From Nitrospinales bacterium (GTDB lineage Bacteria; Nitrospinota; Nitrospinia; Nitrospinales; VA-1): a stretch of DNA of 64,000 nucleotides. Under the pieces are notes generated by a model. It was not told the DNA's origin. It saw nothing but the letters and a program-made list of their open reading frames with translations, and ran no database searches. The stretch is taken from contig OZ253496.1 in the NCBI GenBank assembly GCA_965262115.1, forward strand, positions 2,464,001 through 2,528,000. Direction: 5' to 3'. Position numbers and translations under genes: made by a program. Positions within the stretch are counted from its first letter, which is position 1. Every line of letters begins with the position of its first letter. Shown here one piece after another: positions 50,490 to 60,626 of this stretch.

Positions 50490-51800
50490 GTGCTGATGAG
50501 AAAAGGAGATCAAGAGCAGATGAATAGCCTGATTAAAGAAAGGCTGGACGAGGATGTGTTCCAGTTGCTTGAACGTATTGCCCAGATAGGAGATCGCCTG
50601 GGAGTATCTGTTTATGCAGTTGGGGGATTCGTCAGGGACCTGCTTTTGAATATTCCAAATCAGGATATCGATATCGTCATTGAAGGGGATGGAATCCCTT
50701 TTGCGGTCTGCCTGGTAGAAGAATATGGCGGTAGTGTTAAATCGCATGAGAAATTTGGGACATCTGTTGTTATTTTTCCCGATGACAATCGCATAGATGT
50801 AGCCACCGCACGTAAAGAATATTACGAATATCCTGGTGCCTTGCCCACGGTGAAAAAAAGTTCGGTTAAGTCAGATCTTTTCCGGCGTGACTTCACTATA
50901 AACAGTATGGCAGTTAAACTGACTGATCCTGATTCGTTTTGTCTGATCGATTTTTTTAATGGCAAAAATGATTTAAGAAGCAGGGAAATCCATGTTCTAC
51001 ATAGTTTGAGTTTTATCGATGATCCCTGCAGGTTGTTCAGGGCCATACGGTTTGAACAGAGATTTGATTTTAAAATAGGCAAGCAGGATGAGGTTTTGAT
51101 CCAAAACGCCATTGAACAGCGCTCGATTGATTCTTTAAGCGGAACACGCTTGTTTAACGAGATTAAGCTATTGCTCAGTGAGCAAAGCCCAATGGATTGC
51201 ATACTCAGGATGCGGGAGTTCGACCTGTTTCAGTTTGTTTCCCCGGAAATGTTGAAAGCCCCCAAAGACCTTGAGGTCCTTGAAAGGCTGGAGCCGGTAT
51301 TCCCTTGGGCGGATAGGGTCATTGTTCCCGGAAAACCGGAAATCTGGTACGTCTATTTTCTGGGACTGTTTTATTCCCTGAAGGAAGAAGCGTTTTTAAA
51401 AGCGGCAGACCGTCTACATCTGCCAACGCGCCTGAAAAACTCCCTGCAAGAGGATAGAACTCGTTGTCGAGAAAGTTTGGATCGGCTGGTGTCCCAAAAG
51501 GAGTGGGGTCCGAAGGAGATTTACCATACCTTTGCTAACCTTTCTGTTGAAGCGGTTATATTTTTTATTGCATTGTCTTCCACGGATCGGCTCAATCAGT
51601 ATGCGAACATTTATTTTACCCAGTACCAGGGCAAGGCGGAGCCAGCATTGACGGGGGACGATCTGGTGAAAATGGGACTAAAACCCGGTCCGGTTTTCCA
51701 GTCTGTGCTCAATGCGCTTCGAGAAGCTCGGGTGATGGGCAGGGTGAACTCCAGAGAAGAAGAAGTTGCTCTGGTGGAGGAGCAATTTCTGAATTCCTGA
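50490..51800 (+). CDS. Class II tRNA nucleotidyltransferase
   Basis: VGGFVRD, DIDIV, DVATAR, RRDFTIN, DDPCR. Confidence 0.9.
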   Translation: MLMRKGDQEQMNSLIKERLDEDVFQLLERIAQIGDRLGVSVYAVGGFVRDLLLNIPNQDIDIVIEGDGIPFAVCLVEEYGGSVKSHEKFGTSVVIFPDDNRIDVATARKEYYEYPGALPTVKKSSVKSDLFRRDFTINSMAVKLTDPDSFCLIDFFNGKNDLRSREIHVLHSLSFIDDPCRLFRAIRFEQRFDFKIGKQDEVLIQNAIEQRSIDSLSGTRLFNEIKLLLSEQSPMDCILRMREFDLFQFVSPEMLKAPKDLEVLERLEPVFPWADRVIVPGKPEIWYVYFLGLFYSLKEEAFLKAADRLHLPTRLKNSLQEDRTRCRESLDRLVSQKEWGPKEIYHTFANLSVEAVIFFIALSSTDRLNQYANIYFTQYQGKAEPALTGDDLVKMGLKPGPVFQSVLNALREARVMGRVNSREEEVALVEEQFLNS

Positions 51801-51915
51801 AATCCTGAGCGCTGTCCTGTTCCGATATGTCATGCTCGCCGGTTAAAGCCGGATAGGGATGTGCTATAATGACGATCTAAATTTTCCCTTTAAACATGTG
51901 AAGAGGTGGTGGCTC

Positions 51916-52500
51916 GTGGCAAGTGTTGAATACCTTATTAAGCAGTTTTTAACTTCAGATAAAAAATCTCTCGATTTGAGCAACCAGAATATCGGGGATA
52001 AAGGGGCCATCGCGTTGTCCACATCCAAGAATCTTCGCCGACTGAAAAAATTGATTCTACCTAACAATAATATCAGCGACGAAGGAGTTACAGCGATTGC
52101 CAACTCGGAAAACTTCAAGCACCTGACGGATTTGGATATTTATGGCAATGTTATCAGTGATGATGGGGTCAAGGCGATAGCCGAATCTCCCCATATGAGC
52201 AACCTGAAAAAACTCAGCCTTTATGGCAATTTGGTTGAAGATGAAGGGGCCATTGCAATTGCTGAATCCCAGACGCTTTCAAAACTAAAACACTTGTTTA
52301 TCACCTCAAACCGAATTCGGCGTGAAGGAATTGAATCGCTGCAAAAAGCAAAATGCCGCACCCGACTTTGCATTCTTCATGTGGATGACCTGAAGGACTT
52401 TTATTACGAAGAGGTTACGGATGAGGATGACGAAGACTTGATCAATAGCTGGGAAGAACTCAAGGCCCGGGCTGCCAAGGACGGGGATTCAGAGGATTAA
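51916..52500 (+). CDS. RNI/Gala-like LRR protein with acidic tail
   Basis: LRR units; GTG start after GAGGTGG. Confidence 0.8.
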   Translation: MASVEYLIKQFLTSDKKSLDLSNQNIGDKGAIALSTSKNLRRLKKLILPNNNISDEGVTAIANSENFKHLTDLDIYGNVISDDGVKAIAESPHMSNLKKLSLYGNLVEDEGAIAIAESQTLSKLKHLFITSNRIRREGIESLQKAKCRTRLCILHVDDLKDFYYEEVTDEDDEDLINSWEELKARAAKDGDSED

Positions 52501-52508
52501 TCTTTCCA

Positions 52509-53069
52509 ATGCCAAAGCGAAAGTTTATTTTTCTGTTTGTGTTCTTTCTCCTGCCAGTAAATTTTGGTGAAGCTCAAATCGATTTGTCCTGGCCGGTGGA
52601 TTATGAGAAACTCTTTGCTGAAAACCTGTCGAGGGGAGGCAAGGTTTTAAACCTCTCAAGGAAAAACATAGGAGATGACGGCCTGAAAATTCTCCTCCAA
52701 CAGGAATTCATAAAAAAACTTGAAAAGCTCGACCTAAGATACAACGACATCAGTCCCAAGGGAGCCAAGATTCTGGCTCAGGCCCCACTGTTACCAAAAC
52801 TCAAAACATTGATTTTGAGACATAATTTTTTTTCAGATGAAGGCACATTGGCTTTCGCCAATTCTTCCAGCTTTCCTAATCTGGAGGCGTTGCAGTTGGG
52901 CTGGAATGAAGTCCGGGATGTGGGCGCTTTGGCCTTGGCGAATACGAAAAACTTTCCCAAACTAAAAAAACTCGATTTAAGGGGAAACTTCCTGGCTGGA
53001 AAAACAAAAGAAACCCTCAGGGCCTCCCTGGCTCACCTGAAATCCCTACGCATATTCCAATCCGAATAA
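52509..53069 (+). CDS. Secreted RNI/Gala-like LRR protein
   Basis: Signal peptide plus LRR units. Confidence 0.8.
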   Translation: MPKRKFIFLFVFFLLPVNFGEAQIDLSWPVDYEKLFAENLSRGGKVLNLSRKNIGDDGLKILLQQEFIKKLEKLDLRYNDISPKGAKILAQAPLLPKLKTLILRHNFFSDEGTLAFANSSSFPNLEALQLGWNEVRDVGALALANTKNFPKLKKLDLRGNFLAGKTKETLRASLAHLKSLRIFQSE

Positions 53070-53088
53070 CCGGCGAGCCGCCGGTGAC

Positions 53089-53212
53089 CGTGATATTCTT
53101 CCTTAACCTTCGTGAGCCTGTGATATCCCCTTCGCTAAATTCATGCCCGGAACGGGTAGAACGGGTAAACTGCAATAGCTCACTTCTGCAAGCAAAATTT
53201 ATCTCGGCTTAA
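53089..53212 (-). repeat. Degenerate family-A copy with nested B-in-B
   Basis: Outer B 53089-53167, inner B 53119-53158. Confidence 0.8.
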
Positions 53213-53609
53213 AAAGATTTAACCCGGTTCTCTCCTCCCTTCATATGGAGGAGTTGGAGGCGCGTTGCCTTGTCATTCCTCTCTGAAGCCCTCGAAGGAT
53301 TAACCACCGATGCACACAGGGGCTGGGGTGTGATTTATGTCCTGCCAAGCAAGCCCTCGTAAGGTTCATCTGCACGTTTGCCCCGCTATTCCGAAAGCGT
53401 GATAAGATTAAAGTAGTAAACATATCTATGAGAGGCTTATAATTACCAACTTGTAGTCAAGTAGCGACTTGACCCCCTTTATTAAATTTATAGGGAGAAT
53501 GTCATTCGCTACGGTCAAAGCTTTAAAAAGAGTAGAAGGGGAAAAATAGCAAAAAAATAGCTCCAGTTTTTCTATCTTTAATAGACCAGTAAAACTTTGT
53601 GAGGAGCTT

Positions 53610-54074
53610 ATGGTCGATGATGTTGTAATTTGTTCGCATTGTGGAAAGAAGAATCGGATTCCTGAGGAAAGGGATAATATTGGCGCAAAATGTGGTCATT
53701 GCAATTCCTTACTCGATGAAAATTTTTCTGAGATTGAAACTCAGAGATATTCTAGTAAAGCTGTGAGTATTGAGGGAATAATCTCTCTTTTAGCTACCCA
53801 AACAAAAGAAGTCCTTTCCTTGGAGAAGGTAGGGTATAGACTAATTAAAGATCCATATTCCCTTGGTTATATTAAAGCCTTTGCTAACCTCCTCGTTTCT
53901 AAAATTGAAAAAGATGCGTTAAAGCGTCATGAAATCTATGTGCTGGTTCTTAATGAAATCTTTAAAAATCAATCAGAAGATATACGGGAAAGGGCTCATC
54001 TATTAGATAGCTCCAACTTAGATTTTCTGCATGGAAGAACCTTGGGTTGGGAAGAAGCCGCATTACACGTTTGA
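53610..54074 (+). CDS. AT-rich hypothetical protein with N-terminal zinc ribbon; possibly 3'-truncated
   Basis: CSHC..NRIP..CGHC; an IS3-like end begins at 54077. Confidence 0.65.
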   Translation: MVDDVVICSHCGKKNRIPEERDNIGAKCGHCNSLLDENFSEIETQRYSSKAVSIEGIISLLATQTKEVLSLEKVGYRLIKDPYSLGYIKAFANLLVSKIEKDALKRHEIYVLVLNEIFKNQSEDIRERAHLLDSSNLDFLHGRTLGWEEAALHV

Positions 54075-54286
54075 CTTGAACTACTCTCAAGCTTTAGTGG
54101 AGATTTCTAATTTCTAACGAGAAAACTGTCTACACTTTGTCTACAAGAATTCCACAATAAAGCGGCCATCCAAGTAGGACTAACCGCTTAAAAATTTATA
54201 ATATAGCCAGTTGTGGAAACCTTACCGTAGCAAGATTATTGGGTTTCACGGCCTCGTTATATTCTTCCCAAACTCTCGGGCCCCGA

Positions 54287-54395
54287 AGCAACTGTGTTAA
54301 ATGTCAAGTGCTGGCAATGAGATTTTCATTCCAGAGTGTTTTTGTTTTGATCATGGTATTGATGATCGTTAATAACTTTCTCATGCATGCGGTAA
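54287..54395 (-). mobile_element. IS110-family 3' remnant
   Basis: TACMRKLLTIINTMIKTKTLW..* followed by TTGACATTTAACACAGTTGCT; cut by the IS3 end. Confidence 0.7.
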
Positions 54396-55301
54396 TGAAC
54401 TTCCCCTGTTTTAGTGGACAGTTAGTTAAGAGGCATAGGCCTGTTTCTCGAATTCGGCAGGGCTGAGATAGCCGAGATATTAGTGACGGCGTTGCCGATT
54501 ATAAAACACTTCGATATATTCAAAAATATCCTTCTTTGCTTGCTGACGGGTTTTGTAGTTCCGGTTATGAATGAGTTCCACTTTGAGAGTATGGAAAAAA
54601 CTCTCCGCCACGGCGTTATCCCAGCAATCGCCCTTCCGGCTCATACTGCACTCTATCCCATGAACATTGAGCAAGGCTTGAAAATCGTTGCAGGCATATT
54701 GAACCCCCCGGTCAGAATGGTGAATCAATCCCGGTTTCATGCCGCCGTTCTTCATTGCCATATTTAAAGCTCTCATTACCAACCAACGGGTTATCCAACG
54801 ATCCATGGCCCAACCAATAACTTTACGGTGGAATAAATCCAGCGTCACCGCAAGGTATAACCAGCCCTCTTGAGTCGGGATATAGGTGATATCCGAAACC
54901 CAGCATTGACCGGGCTCAGCAACATTAAACCGCCGTTGCAGTTTGTTTTTTGCCACCGGGTGATTATGTTTGGAATCGGTTGTCACCCTAAACTTTCTTT
55001 TGTGCTTGGCAACGATTCCATGCTCGCGCATAAGACGGGCAATACGATGCCTGCCAATGGCATATCCCTTGTCTTTCAAGTCCTCATGAATTCTGGGACT
55101 GCCATAAGTCTGGCGACTCTTCTTATAAACGGTTTTGATCTCATCAACCCATCGCTGCTTCTCACGGCTCCTCAGGCTCTCGGGGCGGCTCAGCCAGGCA
55201 TAGAACCCACTTCGTCCCACTTCCAGAACCCGGCACATCGGGCTTACCGGAAATGCTTCTCGATGATCCCGTATAAACCGATATCTCATTGGGAACCCTT
55301 C
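54396..55301 (-). mobile_element. IS3-family element: orfB only (54426-55289), internal TAA, orfA lost
   Basis: [26 protein letters not shown] at 54480 in RRH*YLGY; terminal IR TGAACTTCCCCTGTTTTAGTGGACA. Confidence 0.9.
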
Positions 55302-55446
55302 GAGTACCCCTTGTATGTTGTTCATAAGGGGAATTTGTAGTAGTTGTACCTGTGAGCCCTGTGGGAAGCCGGTTTTGTGTTTTCCACAAGGCTCACAGGT
55401 ACAACTACTACAAATTCCCCTTATGAACAACATACAAGGGGTACTC
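55302..55446. repeat. 145-bp foldback element
   Basis: 66-bp arms (outer 57 bp perfect, 2 mismatches overall), 13-nt loop. Confidence 0.95.
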
Positions 55447-55550
55447 ATGCCGGAAACCGCACCTTGTGGGACGGGAGGCAAGCCTACTCTTGACTGCAAA
55501 TTAGCGGTGATCCAGATCGGTTTGGTTTTTGGAGTCGAAAAAAAATCCAA

Positions 55551-55692
55551 CCCTCCCCAACCCCCTCCCTATGAAGGGAGGGGATATAAAAGTATTACCC
55601 CTGTGGGGCCGAGGGATTGGGAAGAATATCACGTGTGCTTGATGGCGTTGTTTGCTTCACGGGCAATGCAATACCGGCCCCACGCCTAGTGG
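55551..55692 (+). repeat. CCCTCCC..GGGAGGG palindrome, B element (55596-55633) and family-A tail
   Basis: CCCCTCCCT-ATGA-AGGGAGGGG; TACCCCTGTGGGG..AATATCACG; GGCCCCACGCCTAGTGG. Confidence 0.7.
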
Positions 55693-55935
55693 TTAGACTT
55701 TGATGATGCCGCTGTCTTCATCATAAAAGAAGGTGTCACCGTCTGGTCCGCGGTAGTTAATTTCCTTAACTTCCCAGATTTGTTTCATTTTGACATCTGC
55801 TTCCGCGGCGTGAAATCGCCCTTTATCTTCCCGCTGCAAAAGGAGAAATTTGTTGTTGTTATTCGAAATAATTTCCCAATAGAAAAAATCACTTTGAACG
55901 GTTCCTTTTTCGTAGTCGATATTGATGATGTTCAT
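55693..55935 (-). CDS. Hypothetical protein
   Basis: 80-aa ORF co-oriented downstream of the S41 protease gene. Confidence 0.6.
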   Translation of the reverse strand: MNIINIDYEKGTVQSDFFYWEIISNNNNKFLLLQREDKGRFHAAEADVKMKQIWEVKEINYRGPDGDTFFYDEDSGIIKV

Positions 55936-55965
55936 TTCTGCAACCTTTTAAATCTTAATGTTTGA

Positions 55966-57522
55966 CTAATAGTTAATATTGGCGGCAATTTCACGGGCTT
56001 TTTCCATAGACCGCTTTTTGCTGGCAACGGTAGTATTTTTCAAAATACGAAGAGCCAGTTCCACGGTTGAATCGTGTTCCGCGCTCAAAGCAATGTCCTG
56101 ATTTTCAAAAAACTTATTGAGACTGGATACTTTTAAGGTCAGCGAAGATTGTATAGGGCTGGCCTTGTCCGGTTTCTGATCCTCTTCCCCCGCGACATCA
56201 TTGACGATATGAATTTCCGGAATAATACCATGTTTGGTGATGTCGATTCCAGAAGGTGTGTAATATTTTGAAGTGGTGAGGCGTAGCCCCGAACCATCGC
56301 TTAATCTGAAGATGGTTTGCACCGAACCTTTGCCGTAGGAATTTTCACCAATGATCAGGGCCTTTCCTGAATCCCGCAATGCGCCGGCGGCAATTTCTGA
56401 TGCGCTGGCGCTGTACTGATTAATTAGAATCGCAACCGGGACTTGATGCAGACTGTCTTTATATAAGCTGCGGTACTCATGGTAATTGTCTCCCCCTCGG
56501 CCTTGGGTATAAACAACCATTCGTCCCTTGAAAAGGAAATGACTGGCCACTTTTACCGATTGGGTGAGCAGTCCGCCTGGATTTTCACGCAAGTCCAGAA
56601 TGAATCCTTTCACGCTATTTTTTTCAGCTTGTTTCAAACCTGTTTTCAATTGTTTCTCGGTTTGCTTGGAAAAACTACTGATCTTTAAATAACCGATCTG
56701 GTTATCGAGCGTTTTATATTCAACGGTGTTGAGTAAAATGATTTTCCGAGTGAGGGTATAGGTTCGGTTTCTTTTTTCGCTTGGCCGCAAAAGGGTGAGG
56801 GTGACATTGGTTTCAGGGTATCCTCGAAGCAGGTTGGCGAGTTCCTCAATATGTATCCCGGCGATTTCCTTACCGTTCACACTCATGAATAAATCATTGG
56901 CAAGAATTCCAACTCTTTCAGCCGGTGAGTTTGCCATGGTTTTGACCACAAACAGCTTGTTATCTTTCATGGTGATCACCATTCCCAAACCGCCATACTT
57001 TCCTTCTGTTTCGCGCATGGACTTTTTAAAGGAGTCCTTGTTCATAAATTGGGAATAGGTGTCAAGCGAACTCATAATCCCTTCAATCGCTGAGTTTTCC
57101 AGATTTCTCTTGGTAATGGCTTTATTAGACTGGTCGTGGAGAAAATAATAAACTTTCTGGAGTTCGTCCCAATCGTGGCTTTTGTCATAAGTCAGTTTAT
57201 ATTGGATGCCTCGACTCTTATACCTTACGGTATTGATGCCGGGGTTTTTGCTGAGTGTCACCAACTCGGAGTCCGCATTTTTTATCATTCCTTCAATCGC
57301 GGCGGAAAATAGTTTTTTATGGTCAGGAGGGTAGACATATTTTTCTGAAACCAAATCCATGATCTCTTCAAATATTTCCAGATCGCTGTTGAAAAAGCCG
57401 GCATCAGCCGTTCCCTTAAAGCCAGCGGGGCCCAGAATATTGACATGGGGCAAACATAGAAGGGCAAAAACCCCTGCCACCAGGCCCAATGAATATTTTC
57501 TCAAGTTTTTATTCGGGTTCAT
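55966..57522 (-). CDS. S41 carboxy-terminal processing protease (PDZ)
   Basis: GGLG, ILDLRENPGG, SASASEI, GKGSVQ. Confidence 0.92.
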   Translation of the reverse strand: MNPNKNLRKYSLGLVAGVFALLCLPHVNILGPAGFKGTADAGFFNSDLEIFEEIMDLVSEKYVYPPDHKKLFSAAIEGMIKNADSELVTLSKNPGINTVRYKSRGIQYKLTYDKSHDWDELQKVYYFLHDQSNKAITKRNLENSAIEGIMSSLDTYSQFMNKDSFKKSMRETEGKYGGLGMVITMKDNKLFVVKTMANSPAERVGILANDLFMSVNGKEIAGIHIEELANLLRGYPETNVTLTLLRPSEKRNRTYTLTRKIILLNTVEYKTLDNQIGYLKISSFSKQTEKQLKTGLKQAEKNSVKGFILDLRENPGGLLTQSVKVASHFLFKGRMVVYTQGRGGDNYHEYRSLYKDSLHQVPVAILINQYSASASEIAAGALRDSGKALIIGENSYGKGSVQTIFRLSDGSGLRLTTSKYYTPSGIDITKHGIIPEIHIVNDVAGEEDQKPDKASPIQSSLTLKVSSLNKFFENQDIALSAEHDSTVELALRILKNTTVASKKRSMEKAREIAANINY

Positions 57523-57573
57523 TTTTAGATTTTTAGAGCAGGGGTAAAATTGTGCGCGTAGATGGCCTGAAAA

Positions 57574-58200
57574 TTAGCCATTGTTTTTCAAAATGTCTGC
57601 GAAAATTATTTCCAGATTGTCGGTCATCTCATCGGTGCTTCCATTGGTCATGCTGGGCGCCACTTTCAGGACATTGTTAATGATAACTGTTGGCGTTTCA
57701 TTGGCCTTGACCTGCTTGGCCAGTTCCAGCGAACGATCTGTTTTAGCCTTGATAGAAGCTGACTGCATGCCTTCGGCCATCTCTTTACCTATCTTAAAAT
57801 CACGGGCCAGAAACCTGATAACTTTAGGTTGGAAAATATCAATACCCAATTTAAAACTGGTGTCAAATAATTCCTGAGTGAATTCTTCTTCGAGCCCCAG
57901 TTCGTCGGCAATATAAAATGCCATGGCTGGGTAAGCCGTTTGGTCGCCCCAGTAAATGGGAAACTTTTTATGATGAAGCTTGTCCTTGAACTTGGAGCGC
58001 AGGCGTTTGGAGGTTTCCAGGAACCGGTAGCAATGTCCGCAAGAATAATTGAAGAATTCAGCCATCTCGATCATTTTAACATTTTTGAGCTTGCTGATGT
58101 CACCGATCACTTCATACTTGCCGTGAATTTTTTCATCAGCCTGAGCCCATCCGGGTAAAAAGAAAAAAATGGCCAGTAAAATGGCGGAAACCTTTTTCAT
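57574..58200 (-). CDS. DsbA-family thiol:disulfide protein
   Basis: Signal peptide; EFFNYSCGHCY; TPT. Confidence 0.85.
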   Translation of the reverse strand: MKKVSAILLAIFFFLPGWAQADEKIHGKYEVIGDISKLKNVKMIEMAEFFNYSCGHCYRFLETSKRLRSKFKDKLHHKKFPIYWGDQTAYPAMAFYIADELGLEEEFTQELFDTSFKLGIDIFQPKVIRFLARDFKIGKEMAEGMQSASIKAKTDRSLELAKQVKANETPTVIINNVLKVAPSMTNGSTDEMTDNLEIIFADILKNNG

Positions 58201-58235
58201 GAACGACTCCTTATATTTTTTAAACGGGTACTCAA

Positions 58236-59546
58236 TTAATGTTTGATTTTTGGCCAATATTTCGCGTAATTAAAACGCGGGCTGTGATTTTTTACGTGGC
58301 ATTGCCTGCACGCTTCTGTGGCCTGGCTCCCAAAGCCCGACTGCGGGGCCGATGCGTGGCCCCGTCCGGGACCGTGGCACACCTCGCATTGGACGTTTTT
58401 CAGGCCAGGTGTATACAGTTCGCTGATAAAGCCTCCTGGAAGGTTGAAGCCGACCACGTGGCAAACCAGGCATTCAGGATCAAACGCCTTGTTGATTTTC
58501 CTTAAAGTGTTATAAGCCCGACCATGATGCGAATCTGACCACACCTTATGTTCTGCAGGATGGCAGGTTTTGCACAAGGTGTCGCCAGCGTAAACGGATT
58601 TATTTCTCTTGTTCCGCTTGCCAGCCAGAGTCTCGAAGAACATGGCTTCGACTTTTTCATTATACTGTTCATATAACTTTACCATTTCGGCATCAAATTT
58701 TACACTTGAATCCAGTTTTACCAGGTTATGACTCAAAGATTTATGGCCTTCAGGATCAATCTGTACCCTCAATTCCCCCATTTTTTGTCCCCGGGACGAG
58801 GACTGAACGAAAAGTTTGCCGTTTTTTCTCACTGGTTTCATATCAATGACATCTGATTCGGTGGCAATATGTCCATTGATCACAATATCGACCCCATCAA
58901 GATCCAGGTAATCCAGCGCGGCCTGCCGTTCGGCATGAGTGAGAAGAACAATGAGATCGGGGTTTTCTATCTCACGCATACGGGTGATCAGATTTAAAGC
59001 TGTCTGCTTTGGGTCTTCAATGTTCAGGCCGACATGACCATAAAACAAGCCGGGATCGGCCACCGCCAGGATGCCCACTCTCAATCCGTTTGGCAGCGAT
59101 TTCACCTTTGACCGGGCGGGCTCAAATTGATCGATCATCAGGTTTCCCGCTATCCAGGGGATGTGCGCTCGATCCTTTAAGAATTTGGAACCGTAAACCA
59201 AGTCCCGATCCCCCAGTGCGACTGCATCGTATTGCATTTTTTCCGTTGCGATGAGAAGCGTTTCGGCTTTCAGTTTTCCCTGGCGTGTGGGTTCTTTAAA
59301 ATGGTCGCCGGTATCGACAAGTAAAAGGTTAGGGTGTCGACTCCGCGTATCTTTGAGGTATTGCATTCGCCGCTCGATGCCGCCCTGGTCTTCCTCCTTG
59401 GCACATCCGCAGGGTTTCAGCTCCGCCAGCAGGTTGCCGGTAAAGATAATTAAAACCTCCCTGGGGTGTGCCGTTGAGGTTGTGCTCTGACTTACTGAAA
59501 GACACCCAACTGCAAATATCAGAATAATCAATATCGTTTGTTTCAT
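58236..59546 (-). CDS. UshA-like metallophosphoesterase domain fused to a tetraheme cytochrome c
   Basis: LKPCGC..GGIERR, VDTGD; CKTCH, CLVCH, CEVCH, CRQCH. Confidence 0.85.
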   Translation of the reverse strand: MKQTILIILIFAVGCLSVSQSTTSTAHPREVLIIFTGNLLAELKPCGCAKEEDQGGIERRMQYLKDTRSRHPNLLLVDTGDHFKEPTRQGKLKAETLLIATEKMQYDAVALGDRDLVYGSKFLKDRAHIPWIAGNLMIDQFEPARSKVKSLPNGLRVGILAVADPGLFYGHVGLNIEDPKQTALNLITRMREIENPDLIVLLTHAERQAALDYLDLDGVDIVINGHIATESDVIDMKPVRKNGKLFVQSSSRGQKMGELRVQIDPEGHKSLSHNLVKLDSSVKFDAEMVKLYEQYNEKVEAMFFETLAGKRNKRNKSVYAGDTLCKTCHPAEHKVWSDSHHGRAYNTLRKINKAFDPECLVCHVVGFNLPGGFISELYTPGLKNVQCEVCHGPGRGHASAPQSGFGSQATEACRQCHVKNHSPRFNYAKYWPKIKH

Positions 59547-59731
59547 GATCATTAAGGTATCGGAAATTCCTTTTTAAATCAATCGTGGGAACCAGAACAC
59601 TCGTACTTCACGGGCCAGAAAACCAGTATTTTAGAGGGCAAAAGCGTGTTGGGTTGTCGAGGAAAACTGTATTTAGTTATGAAATCTTCGTAAAACCCGC
59701 TAATATACAAGGAAAACGGGGTGGTTAATCT

Positions 59732-60616
59732 ATGCCAATGCGTAAATCTGAAATTCATATGCACTCCATCTTTTCCGATGGTGAATTTTCGCCTGCAGAT
59801 TTGATTGATATTGCGGAAAAAAATGAGGTGTCCATTCTATCCCTCACCGATCACGATACTTTCGATGGCATTCCTGAATTTCTGCAATCTGCGGGGGAAG
59901 CGGAGATCACTGCTTTTCCCGGCATTGAAATCACAGTCAAGTTTCATGATTTTAATATTCATATGCTGGCTTACTTCAAAGACTATGAATCCATCAAACC
60001 GGAATTCAGGGCTCGTGTGAAAACAATGACCGATACCCGGGAAAAACGTATGCGCCAGTTGATCGAGCGGATCAACGAGGTCATTCCTGAAAGGTTTCAG
60101 GGCGCGATTGAATTTGAGAATGTGAAAAGAGCAGCCGAAGGGGTTCTTGCCCGACCGCATCTCGCACGCGAGATGGTCAGGCTCGGCATTGTGTCGAGTA
60201 CCGGCCAGGCCTTTGAGCGCTATCTGGTGAAGTATAATGTCGAACGGGAAAACCTGGACGCGCCAACCGCCATCAGCATGGTGCGGGAAAGTGGCGGTGT
60301 CCCGGTCCTGGCTCATCCGGGAGAGCGATCCTATTCGCTCATTTGTCCCGAAAAGGGGCGACAACCCGAAAATGCTCCCGTTTTGCTGGAAGAGTTGAAG
60401 CAGATGGGGCTTTTGGGCCTCGAATGCCATTATCCCTATCATGAAAGAATGGGGACAGTGGATTATTTTATCGACATGGCCCATAGTTTCAATTTGATCG
60501 TTACCGGTAGCCGCGACTTTCACGGATTCAACTCACACCAGAAAGTCAATATTTTTGGCACCACCAAAATGGAACCTGTTTTTCTCGAACAGTTCCAGGA
60601 AGTATGGTCCTCCTGA
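59732..60616 (+). CDS. PHP-domain phosphoesterase
   Basis: HMHSIFSDG, TDHD, LAHP, SRDFHG. Confidence 0.9.
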   Translation: MPMRKSEIHMHSIFSDGEFSPADLIDIAEKNEVSILSLTDHDTFDGIPEFLQSAGEAEITAFPGIEITVKFHDFNIHMLAYFKDYESIKPEFRARVKTMTDTREKRMRQLIERINEVIPERFQGAIEFENVKRAAEGVLARPHLAREMVRLGIVSSTGQAFERYLVKYNVERENLDAPTAISMVRESGGVPVLAHPGERSYSLICPEKGRQPENAPVLLEELKQMGLLGLECHYPYHERMGTVDYFIDMAHSFNLIVTGSRDFHGFNSHQKVNIFGTTKMEPVFLEQFQEVWSS

Positions 60617-60626
60617 AAGTGGGCGA

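Noticed and set aside
55290..55689. N-terminal extension of the 356-aa transposase ORF and the 124-aa plus-strand ORF
   Set aside because: Both are read through the foldback palindrome, giving the same peptide on both strands; orfB starts at 55289.
59395..59425. Selenocysteine in the UshA-like CGC motif
   Set aside because: The codons are TGC and TGT; there is no in-frame TGA.
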